The notes beneath the pieces were generated by a model. That model had not been told where the DNA came from. It searched no databases and saw only the letters and a list, made by a program, of their open reading frames with translations. The translations under genes were made by a program, and so were the position numbers. A stretch of 61,770 nt of DNA, counting the filler, from Choristocarpus tenellus KU-1152 (taxonomy: Eukaryota; Protista; Phaeophyceae), in the NCBI GenBank assembly GCA_964200185.2. It is 13 parts of 13 records of this genome, joined end to end, with 100 filler letters (N's around TTAATTAATTAA, not from the genome) between each part and the next. Parts side by side here need not be neighbours in the genome. Positions count along the whole stretch, not along the records: positions 21,581 to 29,038 come from CAXNAD020006122.1; positions 29,139 to 32,798 come from CAXNAD020018667.1; positions 32,899 to 36,284 come from CAXNAD020020387.1; positions 36,385 to 43,302 come from CAXNAD020007067.1; 9 more parts are not named here. One strand, 5' to 3'. This document shows, in pieces, positions 26,506 through 41,372 of this stretch. Numbering within the stretch: position 1 is the first letter of the stretch; every line of letters begins with the position of its first letter.

Positions 26506-28764
26506 ATATCATTCCGGGTCAAGGTTTTATGGCACTATTTAGCCTTTACTGGAAGTTAGACGGTGGAGGACCGCTTGCATGTGTCATCCCTCTAGTGAGA
26601 GACGGCATGAGACTTGCGGCGAGATAAGGACACAGTGTGTACATTGATGAAGTTGTGTGTGTCAGCTACATATGCGTGCGATGAGAGTGGACTATGTAAT
26701 CCACGCCTCGTGTCTCGCCGCTTTAAATAAAGCTAGGTCAAACAGAAGAAAGATTATAAAAGACTTCAAACAAAACAACTCTTGTGCAAATCTTCAAGGT
26801 ATCCTATCCCTCAATGGCTTTGCCTTGACGAACACGACACCTTGAAAGTTCGTCCTACAAAATGTTTTGCCTGTCACCCAATCTCTTACGATGTCAAAAC
26901 TTTGGTTGTTCTATGAGCATATTTCTGGTCGGAAGCTTGAGGACCTAGCGATGAACAGCAAAGTGATGAGAATAAACTTAAGCTAGAGCAGGTACTCAGC
27001 GAGGGAGAAGAGTCTCAACAACGTAAACCGTGTTCAAGTTCAATATCAAGTGTTACAAAGTGTGTCACATCATGTACCTCTGCCTGCCGTTACCTTGACA
27101 TGTCACCCCAGTATGTTCACGCCATTGTAAATGCTGACAACAGCAATTTCGGAGAGATCACTGAAATTTTTTTACAGAAGACATAGTGAAGGGTGTCAGC
27201 AGTGTGTTTTAATTTCAAATTATCAACATTTTTTTCTTTAGTCCTACCACTATAGGAAAATTGATTTGTTTATGGTATGTACGTTCAGAGTCACACCGAA
27301 AACCTTGTTCCTTACTTTGGACTGCTTCCACAAAAACAACCCTGGTCATCCTCACTGTACCTCGTGTTTAGAGTCACTATATATCTGTAAGTGTTCTCTA
27401 GCGTAGAAACCATGTGTTTTGAACGGGACCCTCTTGTTGTCTACCCTTCATTAAGACTGTTGTGGGAAACTAACGTTGTGGCAAATGCTAACACCAACTT
27501 TTATGTAAGTGTTGTCTAATCAAACTTCTGTGGTTAATTCAGTTGCTGGATCTGTGTTACTTACAGTCAGGGCAAAACAAGATTATTTATCTGTGTGATA
27601 CGTGATACTCAATTCGCATACATTAAGAACACTCACCCTACATGTTCCACACTTGAGTGATACTTTTGCATTTCCAATATCAATGGGAAGGATGTGAAGG
27701 AAGTGACTTTCCTTTTATTCCTACACTTTAGAAAGCTGGTTTGCAAAAAATGTTCATTAAGCGTAACAGGTTCATTACTACCTACTCGTCATATTGCTTT
27801 CTTCTCTTAAATGGGTGGTTGAGAGGATTTTGTGTGTGTTGCCTCCATTTCTGCTTTGAATGTTTTACTAAAAGAGTTGATATATATCCTATCGTGCACA
27901 CTTCATGCAGTGGTGGGAAACTTGATTGATTAGAATGTTGACCATGTTGTGGTTGGTTAAGAATAGACATTATTTATGCTTTGAACGTATTGCATTTTAT
28001 TGAACAATAACTGAATTACAAGGCGCCTTACAGTTGTGTGATATGATAGCATTCTGGAGTGGTATTTAACGGATCCTCAACTCAAGAGGGTAGGTAGGTA
28101 CATTTCGGAAATGTTTGAATCCCAAGCAAGCGAGCTGTGATATGTTCTTGTTTCTTCTCACGACATTCTGAATTATATCATTAAAGTTTGCTCTCTCCTC
28201 CTTATTTTTAATCCCACAATAATTTCCATAACTTCCACATCTTACCAAACTTCTTCCTATGACTTCACAAACTTAGAAGACTTCACCATCCATCACACAT
28301 GGTGTGACGTGGGCTTGGCAACACTCACCCCACATTTCATTTGTTCGTTAGGGTTACTTACTGATGATGTTCTCCCCTTTCAGTCTCCTCTAGTCTCTCC
28401 TGATTCTGTCTCTACCTTTTATGACTTTTCTTTCTGTACTCCCGGCCACGCTTGTTTCGAGTCTCAATCTCTCTGATCCACTACTCACAAGCGTCTCTGA
28501 CTAATTACTCCCATAGAATTTAATTTTGCGTCTACTTCCTCAAAGAGTAATATCATTGTATATTCTATCCTTTTTTTCAGGTGTATTCCTCTATCCCAAT
28601 CTTCAACCTTGCTCTCTCTTCTACCAACATAACTTCCCACCTACCTTCCTTAATTTCATCCAAATGTTCCTTCATTGGGGAGATTTTCTATCAATCCACA
28701 AGACTTGGATGAATTCTAACAATTCCAGTTTTTGATAATCTGATCTTATTATTGGAAAATTTAT

Positions 28765-29038
28765 TGTATTATATATTATTATACCCTCGAACATTTTGCA
28801 GATGTGTCAGGGGGGAAACAAATGAAAACTGTACATATGTCAGTTATAAGCCCTAAAGAAATAAAATATCATAAATGTGAAAAACACTGTAAGCGCGAAA
28901 AACACTTATCTATTACTTCACCATCAATATTGTACTACTGCCTTTCCGTGCCTCCAATCTACCCACTCCTGCGCCCCGGGGGGGGAAAACCTAGGGAGGC
29001 ATCCCAAGAATCCAACAAACCTCTCCGTACCAATCTCC
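28765..29038 (-). mobile_element. CRE-like retrotransposon 3' end and tail, cut by contig end
   Basis: Homologous to 5515-5790 (CTAGGGARGCATCCCAARAATC; ACAYTTTGCAGA) and ends in an AAT-rich tail. Confidence 0.7.
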
Positions 29039-30300
29039 NNNNNNNNNNNNNNNNNNNNNNNNNNNNNNNNNNNNNNNNNNNNTTAATTAATTAANNNNNN
29101 NNNNNNNNNNNNNNNNNNNNNNNNNNNNNNNNNNNNNNCCAGCACCCACCCCCCAGATACTTTGACCCAAATGACATAGACGTCGAGTTGTGGAGGATTC
29201 ACTGGGTGTCGGAGTGAGAATTGAGTAGATGTGCTATGATTGTGTTCAAGTCGTATGGACTGCGCAATGAGATTGCTTGACGTACATGGTGTTTGGAAGA
29301 GGGTGCTTTGTGGGCCAGGGATTTCAGAATGATGTTATATAGGGCATTTGGGTGAACATATTGCTTGAAGTGCACTTGAGAACTGAAATGAGTTGCCAAC
29401 TATGCATAGATATGACGATACTATGGTATCCTCGCCCTGCATTATGCAATATCAGCTCATTCATTGTGGAAAGTTAAGAGATTTTAGCCTCGGCGATTTC
29501 CATGAACTCAACGTATGTTTGGCAGTTTTCTGGCAAACAGATGAAGTGGTGAGAGAGTTATGTCATCATCATCCCCTTGGCAAACATTCGAAGTCATACT
29601 TTTACTCCTCAACGTCGCATGATGGTGACATAGGAGCTCAAAGGTTTTGACATGGCCCATCCACAATTAACAGTCAAACAATAGCATGATCGAACGGACT
29701 GTTGTGGGCCATGTAGGAAGGTGAACAAGTGAGAGACAGCCAGTAGCAGACCCCAATTCACCATTACACCACCCAGTCGGAAAGCACCACCATCACACCC
29801 CAACCAATGTCAATGCAAAGTGGTTCTTTATAGTCTTCAGTTTCCTAGCTTTGATTACCTAGTTGGTACCAAATGTACCAAATATCCAATGTGTTGCTCA
29901 AATTACCGACAAACCTGCCTGGGCAGTGCTGGAAGTGATTGCCTTGCTTTGCTTTTGATCAAGTACTAAAAACATGTATAGAAGGAAAACGTCAACAGAT
30001 ATTCACCATTGTGCTTCCTCTTGTCCGATATCTTAGGAGATAGCTGGATTGCCAAGAATATTAGACCCAGAATCGAGATCCCAGAGGGGCAATTGGGAAG
30101 AGAAGGTTCCTAGTCATCATAACATCATGCATCGTACATCTTTTCATCCTCTCAAAGCAAGAACTGCTACTTGGCACTATGGTCCTGTCGGTTTTGGAAG
30201 TAGTGATACCTCCTTGAGCCGCTGGAGCCTCAATTTATCCATCTATCACGCATTGCCTATCATTATCTCTAACCTGATCCTAGTTGTCATTGAGTCGGTA

Positions 30301-32566
30301 GGGATTTGAAAGGTCAAGTTGGACCTGAGATCATTTTTCGTGAGGTTTTCTACGAAGAATATATTGTGGGAGTCTCTACGCATAACCTCAAAAAGCAGGG
30401 TAGTGAGGCATGCGTCATTGTTTTCCCTGCTCCTTGTATAGGAAGTGAACTACTAGTACCAAAACACTGCATCTTCTCGACACCAACCTGGAAAGGCAGG
30501 CAAAACCATCTTCTTTTTGACTTGCATGATCGACCCAGGTGAGATTGTAAGAGTAATGGCCTTGTAAATGTTGCAGATAAAGTGCCCATTTTTCTCTGTA
30601 AGTTCAGGGGGGGAATATAGTACTTTATAACAACAGGGTAGAACAAGTAGCCCATTGCATCTTCTCATGAGACTTCAGACATGTTCAGGATTATCTTTTC
30701 CGTCTCTCTTCGTTTATTGCACCATGAAAAGGCGTACACATAATACTGTACTACTTAGATTAAATTACATTATGCACTTTGATGTATAGTGTACACCTGT
30801 ATAGTTTCTTCGAAATAGGTTTACCTTTTATGTGCAAACTTGGATCTAACTCTTTGTCAGTTTCAATGTTTTTTTTTTGTTGAAACGGTATGTAGTACAG
30901 TACATTTTGGTGGATGCCACAAGAAAGGATTACCTCAAGTTTGAAAAAGATGCGATATAGAATGCTCCAGAGTATGTAAAGGATGCAGGAATATGTAAAG
31001 GTGTAGTAAGTAATCCATGGGGGAAAATACCACCTGTCAATTTGATCTATTGTGCTGTTTGTGCAGATCTAAACTCCTGTTTGTGTCAGTATGGAAGAAG
31101 AGAAAAGGAGATGGGACATTCACACAATTCCTCCTTGGTGAACATGATGAGGTGGTTGAAAAGAGAAGAATGATATTATTATGCATGGTGGAGGTTGGTT
31201 TAGCACCTGTTGCTTGTAGAAGTGCTACAAACATAATTCTTCCAGAAATTCCATCAAGACATAGAAAAACGTCTCGGACGTGGACTTCAAAACCCAGAAT
31301 TGATTCTCCATAAATATCCCACTAAGATATGAACTATGATCTCGAATGTTTTTTGTTGCATATTAGTGAAAGTTGTATCGTATTCTGCACACTGTTGAGT
31401 TGCAAGCCCTCGGGCAGTTGATTGCATAGCAGCTATTTTTTTCTTACTACAGAGGATCGTGAAGAGGATATCACCATAACTATGTAGATATAAGTGATGA
31501 AGTGCTAGAGATAAATGGAAAGGTTGACGCCTTCTGAGCACTTGTTCGACTGTATAGGCCTCACAAGGGAACGCTCTGGTGTGTTTGTGCCATGCAATGT
31601 TCTGCACGGTATATCAAGGCACTTGCACGATGGTTCATTGCATGTTTCTTTTAAATCTCCATTGGATAACATCATCCTCACATGAGGCAGAACAAGGATC
31701 ACCATTTTCACTGATGGATTGCGTTTCTTTACCACAAACTCCATTTTGCCGTCCAATACACCACTAAGTTATCAAGACACCTATAGAATGTGCTGTCTTG
31801 ACATGGATAAACGTATCATGTGCTATCCGTTCCTGACCAGTAGCATCAGAATTGCTGACGTCAATGGTACGGCAATGTACGCAGGGGGAAACATGTGTAC
31901 ATGCTACTATCGCCCTGGTTATGATGTTTCTATACCTCTGCCACCTAAGCGAGGGGCAGACCTCAGCATTTACCAAGAAACAGCCGCACCAGATAGGAAA
32001 TACTTCCTAACGTTCAAGGTACAGATACAATTCTTCTGCCTTCTACATCGAGCAGTGCCGCCTAGAAGCCTCTAAATCTATGAGAGTAGGCACAGTCAGC
32101 ATTTACCAATGGTGTTATCTTGCATTGCTCTGAAAATGTTTTATAGTGGAGAATACATAATGAGATTTTCTCGATTGAATAACTTTACTGCCGACGTTAA
32201 TCAGCCATGTTGAGCCTTTTCCTCTTTTTTGTGATTGGTTGTAGTGTTTTGGAGATGGCCCCATCTTTCCTTTGGCAATGTCCATAACTGCTACCTGTTC
32301 CTGCCATATTGCATGCTTGGTAGGGAAGCTTATATACGGGAAGAAGAACCGGCTCGATAGATCGAGCAGCAGCATATTTGCTTGGTGAACTAACTGTTGG
32401 TGATGATGATGTCGTAATCCTTCTGGAATGCAAGAAGGACAACATCTGTGAGGGTTTTGAACATCTGGGTGTTTCGTACAATAACTACGAATACCATGAC
32501 CTGATGAACTCGACATTTGCTCTCATTCCTGGTGGGCATTCACCAGCTACGTTTCGCCTTGCAGAA
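30301..32566 (+). CDS. Exostosin-like glycosyltransferase (GT47), partial; exons ~30301-30538, 31841-32018, 32324-32566 (cut by a MITE)
   Basis: Motifs EACVIV, WKGRQNHLLFD, YRPGYDVSIPLPP, RKYFLTFKG, YHDLMNSTFALIPGGHSPATFRLAE. Intron phases are consistent. Confidence 0.88.
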
Positions 32567-32798
32567 GAGCGAAAGTATCTTAGAGGGTACGAGTTTTGCC
32601 CTGTTTGTCCATTTGGGGTCTGACTTCCCATGGCATATTTTTATTAAATTTGCCTACTCCAAAATGTTTTGGAGTAGGTAAAATGTTTAAGTTATGAAAA
32701 GGTGTGTCCGGAACAAGGATATTGACACTTCCCAACAAACACGATCGCCAAACTTACATCAAAATCACATCATTGAATTTTGACCTCAAATGGACGAG
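32567..32798. mobile_element. MITE family A inserted in the exostosin exon, truncated by contig end
   Basis: Begins GAGCGAAAGTATCTTAGAGGGTA directly after the codons for RLAE. Confidence 0.9.
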
Positions 32799-32898
32799 NN
32801 NNNNNNNNNNNNNNNNNNNNNNNNNNNNNNNNNNNNNNNNNNTTAATTAATTAANNNNNNNNNNNNNNNNNNNNNNNNNNNNNNNNNNNNNNNNNNNN

Positions 32899-33091
32899 GT
32901 GGTGAGTGTGAGGCGGAGGGGGGGGGGGGGGGGGGGGGGGGTCTACACCTGGGTGTCCATTTAGGTCAAAATAAGGAAAAGTGCATTTACATGATCCATC
33001 GGACGTATGCAATCAAATCACCAAAAAAACGCGACATGAAAAAATTGACCCCAAATGGACAGCCGCCACCCCCCTCGAGATACTTTGACCC
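32899..33091. mobile_element. MITE family B, partial at contig start
   Basis: Matches 4000-4172 and ends AGATACTTTGACCC. Other family B-type ends at 3528-3549, 17719-17764, 21581-21627, 29139-29168, 36385-36405, 43264-43302, 54035-54116, 56561-56657 and 56758-56776. Confidence 0.88.
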
Positions 33092-34559
33092 TTGCCTAAC
33101 CTATGTAACAAATGAGTCCCCACTCCCCAGGCTCGTTCTTGTCATTGCAATCATTTTCATGATTAGAACAAGGCAAACACCCCAAGCAAACCAAGATGCC
33201 AGTCAAACACAACTGAGCCTTCCCCATTTGCTCTCTACTATTAGCCTATTCCTATATGTGCTATTGCGGTACCTACTCCTTACAGTAGAACAATATACAG
33301 GAGTAAGCAGTACTTCTACTGCAAGTGCATTTTACTTGACTAGCCCCAAGCCTACACATGTCGCCTCTCTCAAACGAAGTTCTACACATCATGGCCTTTC
33401 GGACTGCATCATTGATCACGCCACAGGGAAATATCTGCCCACTGGTTGGGTTGTATAGACTATATATCCGTATCCAACCCATGAGGTGCATGGCAATGGA
33501 GTAGGAAAAAACAATCCTCCTTTGGATCCAATATCTCCTTGACCTCGTCCCACCCTTGCACCCACACCTCCCTCTATTCACACATAATGCAGATACTCGA
33601 AGCACTGAAGGTTGTACTTGCCACTGCAACAGGATGTACAGCTGGTAATACCACAAGCTGGACAGTCACAAATCATGTACCACGTACGTGTACTCCAATA
33701 TACTGTTGAACAGTGTATGTCAACACTGGCACAGGATATGACCTGCTTCAGATGGGCGAAGTGCCTCGCCGTAGGCTTTGTACGCATTCCGGATTACATG
33801 GCAGGCATTCTTTGTCCTGCGAAGCTTCCGGTGGTACATTGCCTATTGAGAGTGGGTTTTCCCATGGGTTTAGGGTGGGGGAGGGCGAGTGTTCGTTTCG
33901 AGTCAAGTGATACCAGATGCAGGGAAGGGTGAGACCACACGTATTCCAAAGGCTAGGTATTGTACCCAGGTGTCATCTTACAGCAATGATGGAACCTTGG
34001 GTGCACAACGGACACCACAACAATCAAAACTTATGGAAAATTATAGTGTGCATCATCTCTTGTACTACAAACAATGACTTCACACTTCATACTCAAAGCA
34101 CGACCTGCCCTAATGAAGAAAGTCGCCTCTCTCTTCAACAAGGTCACCACCAGTAGTTGGTGAGACAAGGATATACCGGATACTTGGGGGGGAAGGGCTG
34201 CTAAGAAGAAAAACTGTTCAGTGTTCAGCTCATAATCAAGGTGGACTGCACTGATGCGTCCCCAGACATGCTTGAGGACTCCGAGCTAGACCTGACAAAT
34301 CATCTGCTTGTACGGCACTACAACATCATCAACACACCAGAGCTCAAGGGCCTTTTTGCGTCACATAACCCTCACAGGGTTGAAACACTGCCGCAACTGT
34401 CAATTTCAGTATGCTAGGAGACCTCTTCGACGTTCTTCTTAAAAAGAACCACCAATAATATCAAAATTCTAAAGTTAATGGATAGATTCTGCAACTTGCG
34501 TCTTTACTAAGACAGTAGGCCTTGAGTTAGAAGTACAGCAGAAACCCCAAGCTCTCCGT

Positions 34560-36132
34560 GTACCTCCTGCTGCAATAGCTGGGTTGAAGTGTTCTCCTGC
34601 AGCCACTGCTTAAGCATCGCCTTCTTGTCCTGCATCACCTGGCGCTCCTCTTCCAGCATTTTCTTTGCCTCCACAGCAACACTAGCATCTCCACCACCCA
34701 GTGATGGCGTTTCCACATCCTTTCCCTCAGAACCTTCACTGAGCTCTTCCTTTTGTTCGTAATCTGACCCCTGAACGGACCAGGTGCCTTCCCACCTGGC
34801 AGTCTCTTGGGTCCCTTCCCCATTGGTCCTCAAATATTTCCCCTTGGACTTTTTACCGCTGCCAACCTTCCACAACACCCCCTTTTCCCCATCACCACCA
34901 TATCCTTGCTCCGAGACTGACTCAAGCCCCTCCTCATCAAGCACCCCATTCTGCTGGTGCTCCACCTCCTGTCTTGAGCATTTCTCGTATATTGAACAGC
35001 TCGCCCTGTCAACGCGGTCGCTCCATGGCTCATGTAAGCCTTCCACCCAACCTTCCCAATAGCTACTCTCCCACCACTTTTCACCTTGCCAAAACCTGTC
35101 GCTATCTGGCGCCCATGCCAAGATCCCAATGCCGCCCTCGCTAAAGCAATCCTCACCCTCTTTCCTCACCCCATCCTCAACCCCTTGTCCACCCAAGTCC
35201 TCCTCTGAACTGTCGCTCAGGTCTTGACTCCCTGGGTCACCGCAGAAGAAGTCCATCGCACGAAACACCCCACTCTCACCAACCCACACATCCTCTTCCG
35301 CCTTAACTCTCATCCCGGCATACCCCTCCCCCTGCCCACCATTGCTCTGTCGGCCGTCTACCATTGCCCACTGATGCATTGATGAGAGCACCGACCCTAG
35401 TCTTCCCTTGGTTCTACCGGTAACTCCACCTGTGATAACAGCATGGAGTCTCTCCCTCTCCAGGGGCCCATTGCTTGTATCCCAGCCTAAGGAGGCATCA
35501 GGAATAGCAGAAATGGTTGCATACCGCGCAGGAGGAACACTGTGGGGTAGAGTGTGAGCCAAATGTACAAAGCATTCTGAACAGTGCTTCTTCCAGTTCT
35601 TGAGCGCCCCTCGAAACTGACCCTGCTCCTGCCTGACCAATATGCGGGAAATGAGCCTGGCTCCCATCTCTCTCCTCTCCGTAGACCTCATGACCTCGAG
35701 CTGCTTCAGGTGTTTGATGGGACAGAGGAGAGGGTGTACACAAGTGATTTCCTTGGCACTTCCGAAAACCAGGGATGACCAAACTGTGTCAATCAACCTC
35801 TACCGCCAAACAACGAGAGTGATTCTTGCCTGCACAGATCGACCTGGAGGTACTGATGGGGCTAGAGCATGCCCGTTTAGAGATCAAATAACCACCGGAA
35901 AATCATCACAACCAAAATTCCTGAGTAACATTATGAACAACAGAGCCAAGGCAAACAGGGGCTTGGAGGACCCATTACGCCGCAACCGCATCATTGGCTG
36001 ACTGTATGCCTGTGCTCTCACCTCCTCGGCCCTCGAGCATGCCTCAACTGCCTCAGCCATCTTGCACTCAGCAGTTACGAGCTTCACTGTGAGCTCAGCA
36101 TTCTGCACTGCAGCTATGCTGTTCAGCCACAT
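34560..36132 (-). CDS. Hypothetical protein exons (acidic/Gly-rich low complexity with coiled-coil segments)
   Basis: 429-codon ORF 34507-35796 plus an upstream coiled-coil-like ORF 35884-36132. No family recognised. Confidence 0.55.
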
Positions 36133-36493
36133 GCCATATATCCCAGAGTAGGGAAGGGGATTTCACAGGAGTCAATGGGGAGAGAAATGGGGCCATTTTG
36201 TGAGGTAGCACCTAGCAAAACTGACCTCACAAAGAACGGGGAGTGGTACAAGATGTTAAGAATATGCTTTTTATTCATGTGTAANNNNNNNNNNNNNNNN
36301 NNNNNNNNNNNNNNNNNNNNNNNNNNNNTTAATTAATTAANNNNNNNNNNNNNNNNNNNNNNNNNNNNNNNNNNNNNNNNNNNNCCCCCCAAGATACTTC
36401 GGGTCCAAGTGCAACAGAATCCCTAGCCCTAACTCGAACCCTTGCTCGAACCCATCCACCATTTCACTAAACCTAATCACAACTTTGGACCAG

Positions 36494-39400
36494 GAATGGC
36501 TCTTTGAACCCAAGACCCATATTCGAGGAAGTCCCTTCACTGTTCAAGTCCAGCCAGGAGCAACCTTCGGAAGGGCTTGCCTTGCATGGGGTCCAGCATT
36601 ACATAATGGCACTGCCGGCGAGACTACATCATTGACAGTGCAAGCTCGAGATGTCATCGGCAACATTGTCGTGGAGGAAACCAATCATATCGACAGGGAG
36701 TTGCTTGTGTACAGCTTCCACAAGGAACAAGAGGTAATACCTCGTTGACCCCCATGAAGATAGGGACAGCACAAAAACGTTGACCAACAAATCGTTGCCT
36801 AACTTGAACAATGATGGCAGGTGTACTATGTGGGGGAGGTTCAGGGTCCAAGCAATGCTTCTGCCAATGGTACCATTAACATCACAGTGCTTCCAACTGT
36901 GACCGGTCCCTACATGCTAGATATCTCGTTAGGAGGAGAGGTGCGTCATTTTGCCTATCGACTTCTGTGGCGAAGTTAATACGTTGAAGCATTCTGTATT
37001 TCCAAACAAAAATATTTGGTGGAAGCATACGTGTTCAAGTATATTATGTATTCCAATTTCATGGATAGTGTTCATCATCATCACATTATCACAATTTTCT
37101 AGTCAATTGCACCAAATATAGTCCATGGTGAACACTCCTGCCCTCATCGACCTAGTTGCCACACCCTCATAGCCTCCAGCACATGGAAAAATAACCCATG
37201 ATGAGGACCAACAAATCGTTGTGCGTAACAACAGCAAAAAGTTGTTATTCCTCATGTTCAAGTTGATATCACCTGTTGGAGGTGTACAGAAACTGAACTC
37301 ATTGGTCGGTGCACCTCCATCAGTCTGCCAAATTTGAGCACTGCTTGATGCTTCCATTTCGAAAAAAAACAACTCTCCTCTCCCCAACCATCCCCCACTC
37401 CATTTATTCAACCACGCAGGCTGTGGCAAACAGTCCATACTCAGTCCTAGTTCGTCCAGGAGAAGTGTATGGGCCATCCTCAGTGGCTTACGGATCAGGG
37501 CTATCCACATCAGTGTCCACTGTGGAGAACACAATCCATGTACAGGTACACAGTATATGGCATGGTTCATCTCTCACCTTACTCTTGAGGCCAAAGGCAA
37601 AGATCACACTCTATGCACCTCACAAACTTCCTGTCTTCCCATCCTTGGATATTTTCTCAGATCCTGACCTTTACCATATCATGGTCTTGTCACCGTCACT
37701 CCCAGTCTACCCTAGCCCCCGACACTACACCGGTGTTGTTGCTCAACTGCATCTAACTATGCGACTAGCTCTCCTTATTTTGGCTTGTGGTCCCCGATTC
37801 TACAATTGCCTCTTCATCATTCGTTTTTTTGCAAATGCTCTCTAAGGTTCGTGTATCCAACGTTGTTGAAGGTGAGGTGAGGTCAAGACTAACAATAAAT
37901 TTAAAACATGATCAATAATACTACTATCAAGACTGTGGGGGAAGTACATGTTGTGAGGGAAGAGGCTACTGTTAGCTGCTCAGTTGTGACCTGTATGCTA
38001 TTCAATCAGTGGGTTTTGCATGTTGCTCTTCATGTAATGTACCCTGTCACTCAACCGTGCAATGCACAGACCACCATAAGATAGATATCTCGCCTTGCTA
38101 ACATATACTCCTATCGATTTATTCATTTAATTGTGACCGTCCCCGCCCAAACAGATTTATAGTGTCAACTCTTTGTAACCTCGTTCCCCCATCCCATCTC
38201 GTCATCCACATTGAATTTGATCCTCCACGTACAGGCCAAGGATCGCTGGGGCAACAACCTGTGGGGACCCCACTTCAATGTGACAGCTGAGATTATCGAA
38301 GACAGCAGCAAGAAAAAAGCTTCAGTGGTCCACTACACCAATGGATCTGGACTTGCTCTTGTGTCATACATTCCCCAAGAGATTGGAATCAGATCCCTTG
38401 CCGGTGAGGATTGGGGTGTGTAGTCAGGGTTAGTGTTCGGGCTGAATGAGAAAAAGGTATTTGAAGGTCTGTGGCCATGAAAAAAACTGAATTGAAATCT
38501 GGAGTGCAATGTTGAGAGGGTAAGTCGAAGTATGAATGCTTTCAAGTATAACCTGGTCATAGTTGGGTGGTAGTGGGAAATGCAAAGTAGAGGCATTGGG
38601 GCAATGTTGGAAGGTGATGTAGAAGTGAAATGAGAAGGGGGGGTTCAACCTTAGTTCTCTTGGGAGTGCGGCTTGGGGTGGTTACAATATCTTCAGGTTA
38701 ATTGCTAGTGGGTACTCACCGAGAACCGAGGCAAAACAAATTGATTAGGAATGACTCTCTTGACGAGTATGGGAGCATTTTGACGGTATCATATTGTATC
38801 ACCCCCCCAAAAAAGGCATTTGTTTTGTTGGTTCCCTATTCTCACAACCAGTGCCACAGCAATTTCAAGTGAATACTGATAATGCAGAGTCTCAAGCCTT
38901 GTGTGTGTGTGAGCAAATTTTATTGCATTAATGACCCTCTCCCACCTGTGCAACCAAAAAATATGTACGTGATTAACATATTTTCAGAAATATGGTCGGA
39001 ATTTAGTAGTGGCAAACACTACAGGAACGAACATTCTCTCCAGGAACCCAATGAAGAACATCTTCCTGAGTTGGTCTTTTCGATTGTTCTCAAAGGAAAT
39101 GAAATGTTTTGCAACTCTGCAGTATGTCTACAGTGCTTCCATATGCCATACTGCCCTTCCAAGTCCATCGTACGACTATGAATACCATCGGAAAACGACA
39201 AAGATGGAGTGCTTGGCAAGGCCAACTGCAACACAGAGATCTAAAATTTGTACCGCTGCTCAGTCGAAAACCTAAGGTTTATGCTGAGGATATACGGGTA
39301 GTGTCCCTTCTGTAGCCAAAACACTGTTCCAGTGCCATATTTCGTCACCCACGATTTATCTTACCACTAACTCCTTCATACATTTTTTAATTTTGAGAAA

Positions 39401-41294
39401 AAAGATTGTTGGCAATGGCTGCTATACCTATTCATGCCGTTTGAACTGACATCCTTCATCCCACCACTCTTTCCCTGGACTCCTCCCTCAAAATTGCTCT
39501 GCAAGTTCTTGTCAACGGCCTCCATGTCAGGGGCAGCCCTTTTCAGGTCGACATAATTGCAGGACCAGTTAATGCCACCAATAGCACTGCCTCAGGCCAG
39601 GGACTCTCCCTTGCTGTGGCAGGGGAGATAACTCGGTTCACTATTCAGTCCAGAGATGCCAATGCGAATCCCACTGATACTGCTAGCAATGGTATAGGGT
39701 TCTCAGAGCTCTTCAATGTTACACTTCAACAACAGGATGAGGAAAATGGGAGGAATGTCTCAGTCATTGTCCGGGGCACTGGGGTGCATCAAGGCGAGAC
39801 AATAACTACCACAATATGGTGCAGGGTAGGCATTTCTCTCATGGTGTTGCATTGACATGTTTGGCAATCGATAATGTTCAAGGCATTGAGAAGATGGAAC
39901 TATTATATTAGTTATTCTTATGGCAGTTTGACTCATGGCGTGTAACTCCAGGGTGTAGAGTATTTCAGGGAGCGAAGGGAAATGGACAATAGCACTGTAA
40001 GGAGGCGTTTTACTTCATCAGTATGCCACTAAGGCTTTTGTATTGGAAGAAATGTGTCATGTTCTCAAACCTTGGTGCTAGCATTGTCAGTATGGTGAAA
40101 AAAAACAGGTTTTTGAAATGCATAACCACCTGCTAAGAGAACTACTGAGATTTTCTGTCATGCGTAAGGGTTGGACCTGGACACATACGTAAACAATGTG
40201 AAAGGTTGGTAAAAAAAAAATTGAACAGAAAGGATTATTGAATGGGTGAGAAGGGGTTTGACCTTGCATGCAAAGAGAGGTCAGCAGAAGACTGGAGACA
40301 AATATCGAGTTGGCTCTATCAAGCCTATAAGCAGGGCCTGCATGCTATTCGTACTGCAATTCTTACTCTGGAGTACGCAAGCCTTTGGCACACAATTTCA
40401 ACTCCATGCTCCCAGGCCCAAGCGCAAGCAGGCAAAAGGGGGGGGGGAGGTACAAAAGGAAGTAGGAAAAAAAAGTGCATTTTTTTCTCGGGTACAATAT
40501 TAGCACTATCCATGGATGCTCCTATTGCTTAGGCTAGAAAGGGATTTTTTTTGTGCCTTTTCTCCTGTAAGCTGTGTGTGGAATATTTCTTAGCATCCCT
40601 TTTGGAGATTGGGAATCGAGACATGCCCTTGCTCCTTGATGTATATATTCCTGGTAGGGCAAAGACTACACACATATGCTGCTTGATCATACCTGTCACC
40701 ACTCCCTAAACCCTTCCCCTACCCACAACCCACTTCACACCCCTCCTTTGGCCTGTGACTCAAGGCAGCAGCGGATTGCACATTGTCTCCTACAATGCCA
40801 CAAAGGCTGGCAACTACAGCCTGGATGTTGTCAATGCTACCGATGGCTCCCATATCCAAGGATCTCCATCTGCTGTGACGGTACTTCCAGGCAAAGCTTT
40901 TGCTCCTAGCATGCACGTCTGGTGGGACAAGCAGGTGAGTTGGTTGAGATCCCTAAAGGCACAGGACGATGTCCTTGTCTTCATTTACTTGGGTGCATGA
41001 CAATGTGTTGCCCAAGTGACATGAAACTTCAAATGCCTCACCTGACCACCTCATCTAGTGGAGTAGCTCATCTTTGGCCTCGTGAAAATTCTCACTTTGT
41101 CATTTGCACAAGAAGATGAGGGCAAGAGGGAACCCCTTGAGGAATAGGATGCCAAGGATCCCTAAAGCCAATGTAGGACCTCTTAGCATATCATTGATCC
41201 GCACGGCCCTCCAGCACCACCTCACCACAATTGCTAACCTCTGAATGATCAGCTCATAGATTCAAACAAGTTTATGCAAGATTTGTTGTACATC

Positions 41295-41372
<78 letters not shown>

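Noticed and set aside
33290-33840. Cys-rich minus-strand stretch resembling degenerate ephrin-receptor-like repeats
   Set aside because: Broken by stops and frameshifts; the pattern is not convincing.
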